A stretch of DNA of 64,000 nt from a virus. The position numbers and the translations under genes were made by a program. This document shows positions 37,160-47,254 of this stretch, piece after piece. The stretch spans positions 1-64,000 of the IMG/VR virus record IMGVR_UViG_3300020020_000027; one strand, 5' to 3'. Under the pieces are notes generated by a model. It had not been told where the DNA came from. It searched no databases and saw only the letters and a program-made list of their open reading frames with translations. Position 1 is the first letter of the stretch. Each line of letters begins with the position of its first letter.

Positions 37160-37758
37160 TTAAGTTTTGTTGTTTTTATTATCCAGCTCGGCTCGAACTG
37201 CCCTAGCTTCCTGCACTCCATGTAAGAGGAACATGAATAGTGCATCTTGCTGTAATATACCGCCAGGTCTAGGGAGGGCATTCAATTCTTGACAATCATT
37301 AATTAGTTGAATGACTAATCCAACGTCAATATCAACTTGCTTAGCCTTTGTCAGTATGGCAGCTCTGAGCCGATGCGCTAGTTTTTTATATCTTCGTCCT
37401 CTTCAAAAGAATTCAACTCATTAATGTACTTTTGGATCTCGTCACCTATCCTACCTTCAAGAATTTTGACATGTGCTGGATTCTTGAAATCAAGCAATTT
37501 ATCATTGGCATCAGTTAAATTATGCCTAACGATTAGATTCGCAAATTCCCAAAGCGTAGTCTTCTCTTGCAGCAAATCCATTTGCAGTTTCATCGAATCG
37601 TTCTTGGATTTACTTTGCATTTCCATTGCAACAGATGCCATCATGTCTTTTCTAACCAAAGACTCACCAAATGTCATCCGCCGAATTTCAACCACGCCAC
37701 CTTGACAAGATGTTAGCTTGAATTCATCAGAATTCTGTATAACTACAGCAATAGGCAT
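37160..37758 (-). CDS. Tail assembly chaperone G/GT with -1 frameshift
   Basis: G ORF 37758-37378 ends ATA AAA AAC TAG (slippery A AAA AAC at 37387-37381); -1 frame open to 37160 encoding CQELNALPRPGGILQQD. Confidence 0.85.
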
Positions 37759-37947
37759 TGAAAATTGCTCCTTAAGTACTAATAACAGGTATCGCGATAA
37801 CGAGTAGAAAGAACACCGAAAGTAGAGTCAGACCTAGTGGAAGCATTCCGACGCTGGTTCGGAAAGTCTCCACAAGAAAACAAGCTATTGCAGCTAGTAT
37901 TGCAATCAAAGCTATCAAAGCGAGTGGGTCCATCTTGACTCCCCCAA

Positions 37948-39777
37948 TCAGAACGATACATAGACATCGACTTCATTGGCATCCGGGTGTGATCTTGGTC
38001 GTATCCCGATCGAACCGGTACCGTATGTTACCCCAGACTGCTTACTCTTGAGGATCGGGTAACCGTCCGAGGCAAAGGCCATAATCTGCACACTAATTCG
38101 CTTGACATACGTAGTATTACCAGCCACAGTTTTTGGCTTAAGGTATATACAATGCTTGCCAACCAATGGCATCCAACCATGAATATCTGTGCCAGCTACG
38201 CCACCGGATATTTGCCTGGCCAGATCCGTTTCGTTCACCCGATTAACTGTTGGCACGGTCACCCCCACAATCAGCCTGGCAGCATCACTGGATGTAGCTT
38301 GCCCTATTACTTTAGCCTTTACCTTCGACAGTGGCCTCGACGTATTTGTCTCTACTATCTGACCAACTGCTTTAATCTTCTTACTTGATATAGCCTGTGC
38401 AGTGTCTGTTTCAACAACTTGTCCAACTGTGGATGGTGCACCAGGGCTGATAACAGACTGTGCGGTATTCGTTTGTTGTACTTGTCCAACAAGCTTTACC
38501 TTACTCTTGGACACCGTATTTGCTGTGTTGGTATTTACTACTTGACCAATGGTCACAGTCTTGCGTCGAGTTACTACTTGGGCAGTTTCAGTTTCAGTAA
38601 CTTGACCGATAGCTTTAACTTTAAGCTTGGTGAATGCCTGGGCAGTATTGACGTTGGTTATTTGACCAACAGCACGGGTCTTGCGTCGAGTAAATGCCTG
38701 TGCAGTATCAGCGGCAGCAACCTGAGTTACTGTCTTGGTTTTAAGTTCATTTATTGTTTGGGTAGTATTGCTGTTTACTACCTGACCAATAGTCCGGGTC
38801 TTTCTGACTGCAACATTCTGGGCAGTATTAGTCTGAACAACCTGCCCAACAACAATGGTTTGGCCAGTAAGCTCAGTAACTGCATTCGAGGCACTGATCT
38901 CGCTGACTTGCCCAATTGTTCTCGTCTTGCGTCTGGTTACTGCCTGTGCGGTATTAGTCTCGACTATTTGTGTGAATGCTTTGAGCTTACGTTTGGTAAT
39001 AGCTTGCGCGGTATCAGTTGCAGCTATTTGTCCAACAACTTTAGTTTTACGCTTAGTTATAGCTTGTGCTGTATTGGTATTAGTAACTTGGTTTACTGTA
39101 ACATTTATTGGTGCAGCAGCAGCTCCAATAACGGCAATAAGAACTTGAGCTTTGAAGTTGGCCGTCAACAACAATGTGGCAGTACAAGTGCCAGTGGAAC
39201 CGGCAACAGCCTTTTCACCAGTCATCATGGTGAAACCGCCACCACCACCGGCTGTTGCCCAACCATCCATTCGTTCGGTGACGCTGGCAAGAGTAGCGTT
39301 AGCCCAAGTGGAAGTACCCGCAGTAGATGAAACATCTTGACCGGTAGCAAAAGCAGCCATAACTAGGCGGTTAGCACCTGCGGTAGTACCTGCGGCAATG
39401 CTAACTGAAGTATCCGCCACCAGCTCTGTGGTAGGAGTAGCAAAGTCGAATGGCGTTCCAGTAGTAACACAACCACGCAGGATAATCATCCGACCAACCA
39501 TGTGGTCGCCTGCATCGGCTATTGAAGGTGCAGCCTCACTTGCGGTTAATCTACGCCAAAGAACTGTGAGTTTAGTCGGGGCTGTTCCTGTCGAAACATT
39601 GGATTGGGTTGCTTGTGCCCAGTTAGTGGGTGGCGTGACGGTATCACCAGTAGCTGACTCGATGAAAGTAAAAGCTACGTCGTTGAGTATTGCAGTGTAT
39701 CCACCGGGATAAGCGGGGGTAATGCCAGCAGCACCGCTAGTGACAGCACCTACACCAACTACCGTTGGCATTGCCAT
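37948..39777 (-). CDS. Virion-associated repeat protein
   Basis: Ala/Thr-rich N-domain plus more than 10 copies of a 21-22 aa GQVxxTNTAQAxTxxKxK repeat. Confidence 0.7.
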   Translation of the reverse strand: MAMPTVVGVGAVTSGAAGITPAYPGGYTAILNDVAFTFIESATGDTVTPPTNWAQATQSNVSTGTAPTKLTVLWRRLTASEAAPSIADAGDHMVGRMIILRGCVTTGTPFDFATPTTELVADTSVSIAAGTTAGANRLVMAAFATGQDVSSTAGTSTWANATLASVTERMDGWATAGGGGGFTMMTGEKAVAGSTGTCTATLLLTANFKAQVLIAVIGAAAAPINVTVNQVTNTNTAQAITKRKTKVVGQIAATDTAQAITKRKLKAFTQIVETNTAQAVTRRKTRTIGQVSEISASNAVTELTGQTIVVGQVVQTNTAQNVAVRKTRTIGQVVNSNTTQTINELKTKTVTQVAAADTAQAFTRRKTRAVGQITNVNTAQAFTKLKVKAIGQVTETETAQVVTRRKTVTIGQVVNTNTANTVSKSKVKLVGQVQQTNTAQSVISPGAPSTVGQVVETDTAQAISSKKIKAVGQIVETNTSRPLSKVKAKVIGQATSSDAARLIVGVTVPTVNRVNETDLARQISGGVAGTDIHGWMPLVGKHCIYLKPKTVAGNTTYVKRISVQIMAFASDGYPILKSKQSGVTYGTGSIGIRPRSHPDANEVDVYVSF

Positions 39778-39799
39778 CTATTACACCCCCCTACCTCCA

Positions 39800-41977
39800 T
39801 TACGCATTGTCTGGAATAAGACCAATAGCTGTCACTTGTGAAATGTCGGTTGCACCAATCACTTTCGAGGCCACAGTATTTGCCGCTACGTACTGGGTAC
39901 CATCTACTCCATCAATGGTATAAGTGAGTGTGGCCCCACGGGTTCCAGATGGCGTGGTGACTAAAATACTGACCATTGACTGAGCCAGTGTGTCTTGATA
40001 GACATATGCACTGAATGCTCCACCCTCAATTTCCAATGCACTGTATGCTACAGCTAGTTGAGTAGCAAGTTCTGCTAGCGCCCACTGTATACCGACGTCA
40101 GGTGTAGCATCACCCGCGTTACCAAACTCAATCGCCAATGCATCAAGCTTGGCTTGAGTAACCACATAAGGACCGCTACCGCTACCCCTAAGCGTTCGGC
40201 ACATCCAACGGTAAGTCGTGGTGTCAAATCCAGCATCAATGGCGTCGCCACCCATGGGATTAATCGTCACGCCATCATTGGCCTGAACTTGAAGGGATGC
40301 TGCTGAAGTACTTGCTGCCCAACCCAACGAATACATCCGAATACCTCGCCCGATGACATTATTTGTCGCCATGGCATAAGTTTCCATCGGAATTTTACAC
40401 AAGTTGCTGGCATTGACAGTAATTTGCGCAACACCATCGGCAGAAGCACCAATCACTGGAGGTATTTCATCCACTGCGCTGATAGCACCAGCCGAAGTAA
40501 ATGCTACCAACGTGCCACCGTTGCTGGTGTAAACGTTGAAGTTGGCACTAGTTCCGGTAGTTGTGGCAGTTCCGGCAGAATCTGGTCGCAACGGTCTGAT
40601 GTTAACCAGACCCATTGGGAAACCCTTGCGGGCACTTGAAAAGAAAACATCGTCGTAATAGACGGTAGCCGTAGTACTTGTCTGCCAACCTAGTCTAAAT
40701 CTAGTGACTTCGCCAGCAGACATGCCTGTATTAGTAGCTTGCGTTTGCGTTACTGGTAGTGTAGCGTCCAAACTGTCATAGTCAACTTGCCAATCACATA
40801 TGTGTGTGGTGGTACGTGGATCATAAAGCAATTCGATGCCGATCCACTTATTGAAAGCGACTACCGCATTGGATACTACTTCAGTTCCCGTGCCGACTTT
40901 TACCCCAATTTTCTGGGTAGCCGTACGATACCAAACCTTAACGCTGTTTGCTGCTATGCTGACTACCTCAACGGAAGCTAGCTCTACGTCCACTCCTGGC
41001 AGAGCGCCATCGAAATAAATAGCAAATGAGGGATTAGCTGCCAGCGGCGATCCGAAGCCTCCATCGAGGTTTTTGTCAAACCCATCAATCCAGGTAACAC
41101 TTTCGGCAGCTGCACTGGAGGTGAGCTTAAGACTATAGGTCCCAGAGCGTTTAAAGGTAGAAACTACTTCAGGTGTACCCACCACCTCATCGAAGACAGG
41201 AAGATCACCAGCCGAACCAATTTGCGTCAAGGTGGTAGGCGTGCCGAATTCAAATCCGCACATCGCTCGGGCAATGGGAGCATATTTTCCTGTTGCGCTA
41301 TAGAGGACGATCATAATGCTGTCGGTGGGAGATGATGGAGAAATGCTCGCCGTCACATTGAGTGGCGCAATTGACTGATAAGCTCTAACGGACACGGACA
41401 TCCGAATGCCCCTAGTACCATTCGTCCGTGAGGGTGAAGCTATTTCTTGCCAGTTATCAGTATGCCCATTGATATCAGGAATGGCTCCGGCAGCAGCAGA
41501 AGCCGAATGTAAGGCAATACCCAAAGCCTCGTATGAACCAGAGTCAGCCGAGGTTAGAGTTTGGGAGGCTACCAAAGAATAGACTGAAGACTCTTGGTAA
41601 GTCATGCTGACCCCAGCCAGTCCAGTGGTATCGGCATAAATTTCAAAGTCGACACTCTCTAGCTCAAGTGCCACCCACACCACTTGCTGCGGACCATTAA
41701 CGGTTACCGTAAGAGTCCAAGGAGATTCAACACCAACATTGACCTTAGTGAAGACGAAAGGGTTCTGCCATGAATCCGAGCTTGCAAATCCTGTTTTTTC
41801 GAATCCAGTAATGTCAAGGTCAGTGGGAGTACCATCGCTCGACCCAGTGGCAGTACCAGAGGCAAGTATCACCACCATATTTCCGGCAGTAGTACTTGCA
41901 GGCAATGATACTGATCCACTGGAGCCAGAAAAGTTACCGTTATTAATTTGAATAATACTATCTTGAGACAGCGGCAT
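39800..41977 (-). CDS. Large beta-rich virion accessory protein
   Basis: 725 aa Ser/Thr/Gly-rich, YYDDV lectin-like strand; structural operon. Confidence 0.65.
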   Translation of the reverse strand: MPLSQDSIIQINNGNFSGSSGSVSLPASTTAGNMVVILASGTATGSSDGTPTDLDITGFEKTGFASSDSWQNPFVFTKVNVGVESPWTLTVTVNGPQQVVWVALELESVDFEIYADTTGLAGVSMTYQESSVYSLVASQTLTSADSGSYEALGIALHSASAAAGAIPDINGHTDNWQEIASPSRTNGTRGIRMSVSVRAYQSIAPLNVTASISPSSPTDSIMIVLYSATGKYAPIARAMCGFEFGTPTTLTQIGSAGDLPVFDEVVGTPEVVSTFKRSGTYSLKLTSSAAAESVTWIDGFDKNLDGGFGSPLAANPSFAIYFDGALPGVDVELASVEVVSIAANSVKVWYRTATQKIGVKVGTGTEVVSNAVVAFNKWIGIELLYDPRTTTHICDWQVDYDSLDATLPVTQTQATNTGMSAGEVTRFRLGWQTSTTATVYYDDVFFSSARKGFPMGLVNIRPLRPDSAGTATTTGTSANFNVYTSNGGTLVAFTSAGAISAVDEIPPVIGASADGVAQITVNASNLCKIPMETYAMATNNVIGRGIRMYSLGWAASTSAASLQVQANDGVTINPMGGDAIDAGFDTTTYRWMCRTLRGSGSGPYVVTQAKLDALAIEFGNAGDATPDVGIQWALAELATQLAVAYSALEIEGGAFSAYVYQDTLAQSMVSILVTTPSGTRGATLTYTIDGVDGTQYVAANTVASKVIGATDISQVTAIGLIPDNA

Positions 41978-41986
41978 TGTCGCTCC

Positions 41987-42463
41987 CTACGAAGCTCGAT
42001 AGAACCCACCCACGGCAATCTGTGCCGTTATGTCAGAACCATCCGGAGTCACGACAAAGTCATGCAATGTCATCGGAATTATGTTGGCGTCAGTACCAGC
42101 AGCAGAATCAGAGTCATAAGCAGTAACAAAATCGTTCCAGCCGTCACCTGCCACAACTGCGGTCCACGTCTGATCTGGAATGTCGACATCTGTCCGGTCG
42201 TTGGTATCATCAACGGTAACGGTTATTCCGCCAGTGGCGTTGTCCAGAACTTTACGGGCATAACCAGAGTTGGTCACTTCGTTGGTGGTTCCAGCCACAA
42301 GTGCGGTAACTGTGTCCACATCAATCAAAGTGGCGTCGGCCTCGATTCCCGCTGTTGCCAAAATCAAAATAACGAAAACCGAGTTAGCCGGATCGTTGGC
42401 GTTGACCCGGCTACCAAACTCAGCCACACGACCTTTGGCTATGTTAAAAACTATATTGGGCAT
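41987..42463 (-). CDS. Putative structural protein
   Basis: FNIAKG..EVTNSGYAR..TPDGSDIT; phage-type beta protein. Confidence 0.65.
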   Translation of the reverse strand: MPNIVFNIAKGRVAEFGSRVNANDPANSVFVILILATAGIEADATLIDVDTVTALVAGTTNEVTNSGYARKVLDNATGGITVTVDDTNDRTDVDIPDQTWTAVVAGDGWNDFVTAYDSDSAAGTDANIIPMTLHDFVVTPDGSDITAQIAVGGFYRAS

Positions 42464-42970
42464 TTATTGACTCCCAACCGTACATATTACAAACACACCA
42501 ACATCAAAAGTTGGAGCTGGAAGCGATCCCAAGTAACCATAGGTTACTTTCCAACCCACAGGAACTCCACTGTCCAGTAGAGGTTGTGATTCTTTCAAAA
42601 AGAACTGATTTGGATCATCCACTTGCAAGTCAGCCCCACCACCGGTAGCAAAGAGCCCAGACGAACAAGTCTTTTGTGCTACAAGCGAATACTTATTCGA
42701 TTCAGTTACTGAAAACTGGACTACTTCACTGAATTGTTGGGTGCGCGGATACTGTTGCCAATTTAATGACGTGTATCCATTAGGACAAGACTCCGATGAG
42801 TCTATGACTATCAATTCGCCTTTATTTGGATGAGAATTTTTGTAGCATCCGTTAATCGATCCATTAGTTCCTGGAATTGATGCCCAAGCAAAAGTCCCAA
42901 CAGCTAGTGCAGAAAGTACACTAGATAAAATTATAACTGAACTTCTCTTTAAGCCTTTAACCATGGACAT
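42464..42970 (-). CDS. Secreted-type hypothetical protein
   Basis: Signal-like AVGTFAWASIP, INGCY, CP..LNW, ATGGG, VIC. Confidence 0.6.
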   Translation of the reverse strand: MSMVKGLKRSSVIILSSVLSALAVGTFAWASIPGTNGSINGCYKNSHPNKGELIVIDSSESCPNGYTSLNWQQYPRTQQFSEVVQFSVTESNKYSLVAQKTCSSGLFATGGGADLQVDDPNQFFLKESQPLLDSGVPVGWKVTYGYLGSLPAPTFDVGVFVICTVGSQ

Positions 42971-43415
42971 TCACCAGCTCAAGCTCAAAGCACCAGTCCA
43001 CTTCCCACTTACCTTCGGTTGTTTGGGTTTTGTCTGGTTGCTTGGTGACTTTGTACATGAAGTCTTTCTTCACCCAAGAGCCATCGTCATCTTCCAACAC
43101 GTGAAAAACAACTTCGTCTGCCTGGTGGAAAGTATGAGTGGTTGACCAAGGATTGGTTTCCGGACCGCCAGGACGATGCACGGTACGGTGATTCACCCAC
43201 GTTGCCCATCCCTCGGTGACGGCATTAGCCACATAATCCATGCTGATTTTATCTTTAGTGGGTGCCTTGTTCTCGAAACTCACTCCAAGAAGTGGCCAAG
43301 ACTTTGGTTGATTATCCAATGGGTCAACCAAAATACGCTCACCAGTCATGGAATCATAACGAGTGATTCGATTCGACCCATCACTATAATCAGCTAATTT
43401 TCTGAAAGTGAACAT
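42957..43415 (-). CDS. Hypothetical protein
   Basis: Coupled ORF in the structural operon. Confidence 0.6.
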   Translation of the reverse strand: MFTFRKLADYSDGSNRITRYDSMTGERILVDPLDNQPKSWPLLGVSFENKAPTKDKISMDYVANAVTEGWATWVNHRTVHRPGGPETNPWSTTHTFHQADEVVFHVLEDDDGSWVKKDFMYKVTKQPDKTQTTEGKWEVDWCFELELVNVHG

Positions 43416-43421
43416 CCAAGC

Positions 43422-43955
43422 TCACGTCCTCTTGAAATAAGCATTAGTTTGCTTGGCTGTCGTAGCTTTTGCTATATTCGTCTGAGTTACTTTTGTGCTG
43501 CGATTCCTAAAACTAACGGCGTTATTCGCAGCTGGCAATGCACCAAGCGGAGTGACTGCACCAGTATCTATGTACGAGTTAGTTGGTGCGGTAATTGTCG
43601 CAATAAACAATTCCGTTCCACCCGTACGACCATAGACTTTCCACGCGGTAGCAGTAGGAAACGAAGCCAAACCAGTAGCAAAGCTAATGGTATTCGACCC
43701 AGTAACACCTGAAGCCACCACTCCAGTCTTAGCCGTGGCAACTGGTGGAGACTCCACACCATTTACTACCACCGACACTTTGTAGGAATACGTAGCCGCA
43801 GCCAAGGTTCCACCGGTCAGTGATGGAGTGACAGAAAAATCACCCGCTGCGGGCGCACCACCCTGCACGCCAGTAACTACTACATCGGTAGTTTCCCCGG
43901 CCGCATTACGATACGTGACTGTATGAAACAGTTTCGAAGTCTTATTAGACATCAC
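43422..43955 (-). CDS. Tail-associated protein with FN3/Ig-like domain
   Basis: GGTLAAATYSYKVS..ATAWKVY..YIDTG, paralogous to the insert in the tail tube. Confidence 0.7.
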   Translation of the reverse strand: MMSNKTSKLFHTVTYRNAAGETTDVVVTGVQGGAPAAGDFSVTPSLTGGTLAAATYSYKVSVVVNGVESPPVATAKTGVVASGVTGSNTISFATGLASFPTATAWKVYGRTGGTELFIATITAPTNSYIDTGAVTPLGALPAANNAVSFRNRSTKVTQTNIAKATTAKQTNAYFKRT

Positions 43956-45223
43956 ACCACCTGCGCAATATTCTCTTGAGTACCAACTTCAATCGTGTAC
44001 GAGTTACCACTTGCATCGATAACGTTCATATACTCGATTGATGCTCGCACCAAGTCGCCCTGACCAGAAAGACCTACTTCGTAGGTGTTCTTCACTGACA
44101 CTGGAGCATTAACCTGGACGTAATTGGTAGCCGACTTCTCTCCCCGAATAAAAATAAGCTGAGCAGTAAGTGCCTTAAACGCATCAAACTCAGTACGGTT
44201 AAAGAAGTCACGCTCCATGGTAATGGTGCACTCACGCTCACCAAATTTTACATACTGAGCGCCACGACCAGTATCTTTCAGTCGGAACTGAGGCTCAGCA
44301 TTGTCATTGACCATGAACTCGAACGTGTCGGTATCAAATACCTGCGTTCCAGCAATATTGACTTCATATTGTCCGGCACCAAACGGAACCGTGGTGGGGT
44401 AAACCGGGCTTGGTAGTGATTGAACAGATTCGTCACTACCAATAATACTCATGTTGAACATGAGCAAGCCATCACTGGGAGTGATGGTAAATGAGCTAAG
44501 CACACAACCTCTATAACCGAAAACTATTCCATTTCGCACTACCGTCAACGAGAGCGATAAAACCGGGGTAGCGTTGGGCGTCGGGTCAAAAACGTAGACC
44601 TTGTCAGTAGTGCCTGTCTTTGTGGCCGAGACCCGCGACGCGAGGAGAAAGTAAATTATTACATCCTCAAGTGCTTCCATTTCAATGTCGCCATTGACAT
44701 GAACGTTACCCGGAACGGCACCAAGTACATCGACACTTTGTCTGATTGGACGACGCCAAACAGTTGCCTGATCGAACTTCAATGATTCCGAGTTGAACGG
44801 GAAGAACTTGGTCGGGGCAGTGTATGAGCCGTAATTAAGTGCACTATTGAAGGTAGGCAATGCACCCGATGGAGCACCTGGTGAAGTGTCTATATCCGTT
44901 ATCACCAAGCCAACGGTTTTGTACAGCAATTCTGTACCAGTACCACCACCGGCTGCGGTCTTGTAAAGCTTATAACCAGTGGCACCTGTGACTGCCGCCC
45001 ACGACACGGTCACAGTACTGGTGGCACCAGTGGTAATGATGGTTTGCTCATTGCTCCGCAGCGTTTGACCGGCTGCGTTTATTGCGGTTACAGCATAAAT
45101 ATATGTACCGGCAGTAATAGTTCCGCCGGAGGCAGCGGTAGCCAAAGCAGATTGCACAGGTGGCGGCAAAACCTCAATGGCCAGACCCATGAATCCGCCG
45201 CCACCAATACCAGGTTGGGTCAT
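43952..45223 (-). CDS. Major tail tube protein with inserted FN3/Ig-like domain
   Basis: GIGGGGFMGLAIE..YTAPTKFFPFNSESL..YRGCVLSSFTI; synteny. Confidence 0.85.
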   Translation of the reverse strand: MTQPGIGGGGFMGLAIEVLPPPVQSALATAASGGTITAGTYIYAVTAINAAGQTLRSNEQTIITTGATSTVTVSWAAVTGATGYKLYKTAAGGGTGTELLYKTVGLVITDIDTSPGAPSGALPTFNSALNYGSYTAPTKFFPFNSESLKFDQATVWRRPIRQSVDVLGAVPGNVHVNGDIEMEALEDVIIYFLLASRVSATKTGTTDKVYVFDPTPNATPVLSLSLTVVRNGIVFGYRGCVLSSFTITPSDGLLMFNMSIIGSDESVQSLPSPVYPTTVPFGAGQYEVNIAGTQVFDTDTFEFMVNDNAEPQFRLKDTGRGAQYVKFGERECTITMERDFFNRTEFDAFKALTAQLIFIRGEKSATNYVQVNAPVSVKNTYEVGLSGQGDLVRASIEYMNVIDASGNSYTIEVGTQENIAQVV

Positions 45224-45236
45224 AGTTTAGCGCCTC

Positions 45237-45446
45237 CTATATTTTTAGTTCCTCATCGTCTTCAAGGACGTGCAGAACCAAATTAACGCCAGCAGGAATT
45301 CCTATTTCACCGAACTTACACCGACGCTTAGCTTCTATCCGCACCATCTTGAAGTCGTCAATTATCAAAGGCTTTTTAGGTCCAACCAAGCCGAAATCTG
45401 GAATGGTTCCAACTTGGTCTGAGGTAATTACCGCAAAAAGCTGCAT
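45237..45446 (-). CDS. Hypothetical protein
   Basis: ORF between tail terminator and tail tube. Confidence 0.5.
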   Translation of the reverse strand: MQLFAVITSDQVGTIPDFGLVGPKKPLIIDDFKMVRIEAKRRCKFGEIGIPAGVNLVLHVLEDDEELKI

Positions 45447-45453
45447 ATCTCAC

Positions 45454-45906
45454 CTACGGTATATCTGTTAGGTTAGTCTTGCTTTGTCCAACAAACGTCA
45501 ATTGGGTAGCTCTAAACATTGATCCAGACCTGTACCTAAAGCCTGGATCCCACGATTCAACAAATCCGTGGATAATGTTCCCACCCATTTCCGTGTCTTG
45601 ATGCAAAAAATGTTCAATTGTTTCGGCTAGTACATCAGTTTCTAATGACTTCGTTCCTTCATCGCCTACGGTGTTGTTATATATGGTGACTAACACGGTC
45701 ATACGATTTCTTGTCCCTGCTCCAGGAAACGCCACGCGCTGTAATGCCCGGTCTTTACGACCAGCCATTACCACGACAGTTTTGCCTGGAGGAAGCTCGT
45801 TCTGTTCGCCATATAAAACATTATCAACACCTAAAACCACTTTATTGGTATTAATTTGACTCAATATGTACTGAGCTAGAACGGTGGTTTTGTCCGTGTG
45901 GGGCAT
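45454..45906 (-). CDS. Tail terminator-like protein
   Basis: Size and synteny; GGAGG RBS. Confidence 0.6.
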   Translation of the reverse strand: MPHTDKTTVLAQYILSQINTNKVVLGVDNVLYGEQNELPPGKTVVVMAGRKDRALQRVAFPGAGTRNRMTVLVTIYNNTVGDEGTKSLETDVLAETIEHFLHQDTEMGGNIIHGFVESWDPGFRYRSGSMFRATQLTFVGQSKTNLTDIP

Positions 45907-45914
45907 GCCACCTC

Positions 45915-46472
45915 CTAGAATTCTTTATGCTCGAACGGCCAAAAGTCTTTTTTACTAGTCACTTGACGAATCCATGAATCAAATATAACTACGATATGCT
46001 CAATGTCTTTTTCTTGAAGCAAGGCAAATTGTCGTCTGGGCACATGCTTGGTTCCTTGCTGATGATATTTGGCATATGGAATTATCTTATCTAACGCTTC
46101 CATATCAGCCGAGTCGCGAGTAATTCTCCATATATGACGGGACTGAGCAGAATCTGATAGTCTTTCAGTCACACCAAGCAAGGGATAAATTACGTAAGAA
46201 TAAGACATTCCAGACTTAAGCTTTTTGTTTAATGTTTCAAAGGTAAGTGGTGGCCAGGCAGGACGGCCCATAACGTCGAAATTAACTGCTATTGAATTCA
46301 TAATAACAATTCTTACTGACTGGGTCAGCGGCCAGGTCATATCACCAAACTGTCTGGCCATTCTAAAAGTACTAGTTTTCAGCAAATCTGCATTTATTAG
46401 GAATGGTTTAATATCAATTTCTATCGGAAAGTTTGGGATACGAAATCCCGAACCGGCCATGATAGTAGGCAT
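45915..46472 (-). CDS. Virion morphogenesis (Mu gpG/P2 gpS-like) protein
   Basis: NF..GRPAWPPL..YAKYHQQGTKHVPRRQF. Confidence 0.75.
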   Translation of the reverse strand: MPTIMAGSGFRIPNFPIEIDIKPFLINADLLKTSTFRMARQFGDMTWPLTQSVRIVIMNSIAVNFDVMGRPAWPPLTFETLNKKLKSGMSYSYVIYPLLGVTERLSDSAQSRHIWRITRDSADMEALDKIIPYAKYHQQGTKHVPRRQFALLQEKDIEHIVVIFDSWIRQVTSKKDFWPFEHKEF

Positions 46473-46921
46473 CAGAACCTACTTCCCAAACTAAAATATG
46501 GTCCACCCAGCGACGGATCAGCCGGAGTCGGCTCCTGCGCAGAACTGGCATCATTCGGATAATAACTGGATACATCAAAACTAGGCACGGGCACTTCAGG
46601 GATGACAATTGTTCTCTCTAAAAGTGCCATTACTACGGCGTCGGCATTATCACATAGTCGCTTGGCATAGTCATTACCTTCATCTTGATTCTCACTGTAG
46701 AATCGATCCATTATCCATGATGCATAATATTTAGAAATAATCGTACGAATTAGTTTAGGTGTATTTCCACTAGTGGTCCAACCGGATACATTATACACCA
46801 CTGAAATTTTAGCTAGTGTTTCTTCTTCTAAATGGGCAAGGAGTTCAGTGTCAATGCTGGCAAGGGTAAGCTTGACTGGGTCAAGCCACCCTTGAATCTC
46901 AGGTAACGTCACCCTTGCCAC
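46472..46921 (-). CDS. Head-tail adaptor (Mu gp36-like)
   Basis: TPKLIRTIISKYYAS; synteny. Confidence 0.65.
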   Translation of the reverse strand: MARVTLPEIQGWLDPVKLTLASIDTELLAHLEEETLAKISVVYNVSGWTTSGNTPKLIRTIISKYYASWIMDRFYSENQDEGNDYAKRLCDNADAVVMALLERTIVIPEVPVPSFDVSSYYPNDASSAQEPTPADPSLGGPYFSLGSRF

Positions 46922-46928
46922 AATTTAC

Positions 46929-47240
46929 CTACTTCTTGTCCTTAGTTTGTCCAAGCGCAGCTTCTTTGGCCGCTGCTTCCTCTTTAGCTGCCGCAGCTTC
47001 TTTCTTTGCTAAAGCCTCTTTTTCCTTCTCGGTCAACTCAGCGGTCTCGCGCTCAAAGTCGTCCATTGTTGGCTCTGTCTCTTCCTGCTTTGGCTTGCTG
47101 TCCTCAATCTTCACCGCTCCCCGCTCGTAGAGCCGGGTAAGTTGCTCTTTAGTGAACTGCTTAGGATCAATCACATCACCGGTCTTAATCAGCTCGGTGT
47201 TGTGGTTGATATCCATTGCTGCCACAACTCGCTTAGCCAT
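46929..47240 (-). CDS. Head-associated small protein
   Basis: INHN..KTGD..LTRLYERGAV plus charged tail; follows the capsid gene. Confidence 0.6.
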   Translation of the reverse strand: MAKRVVAAMDINHNTELIKTGDVIDPKQFTKEQLTRLYERGAVKIEDSKPKQEETEPTMDDFERETAELTEKEKEALAKKEAAAAKEEAAAKEAALGQTKDKK

Positions 47241-47254
47241 AAAACAACCTCACA

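Noticed and set aside
34630-39330. Long + strand ORFs 34630-35505 and 38419-39330 (likewise 2521-3183 and 9276-9869 on the - strand)
   Set aside because: They are antisense shadows of well-supported genes.
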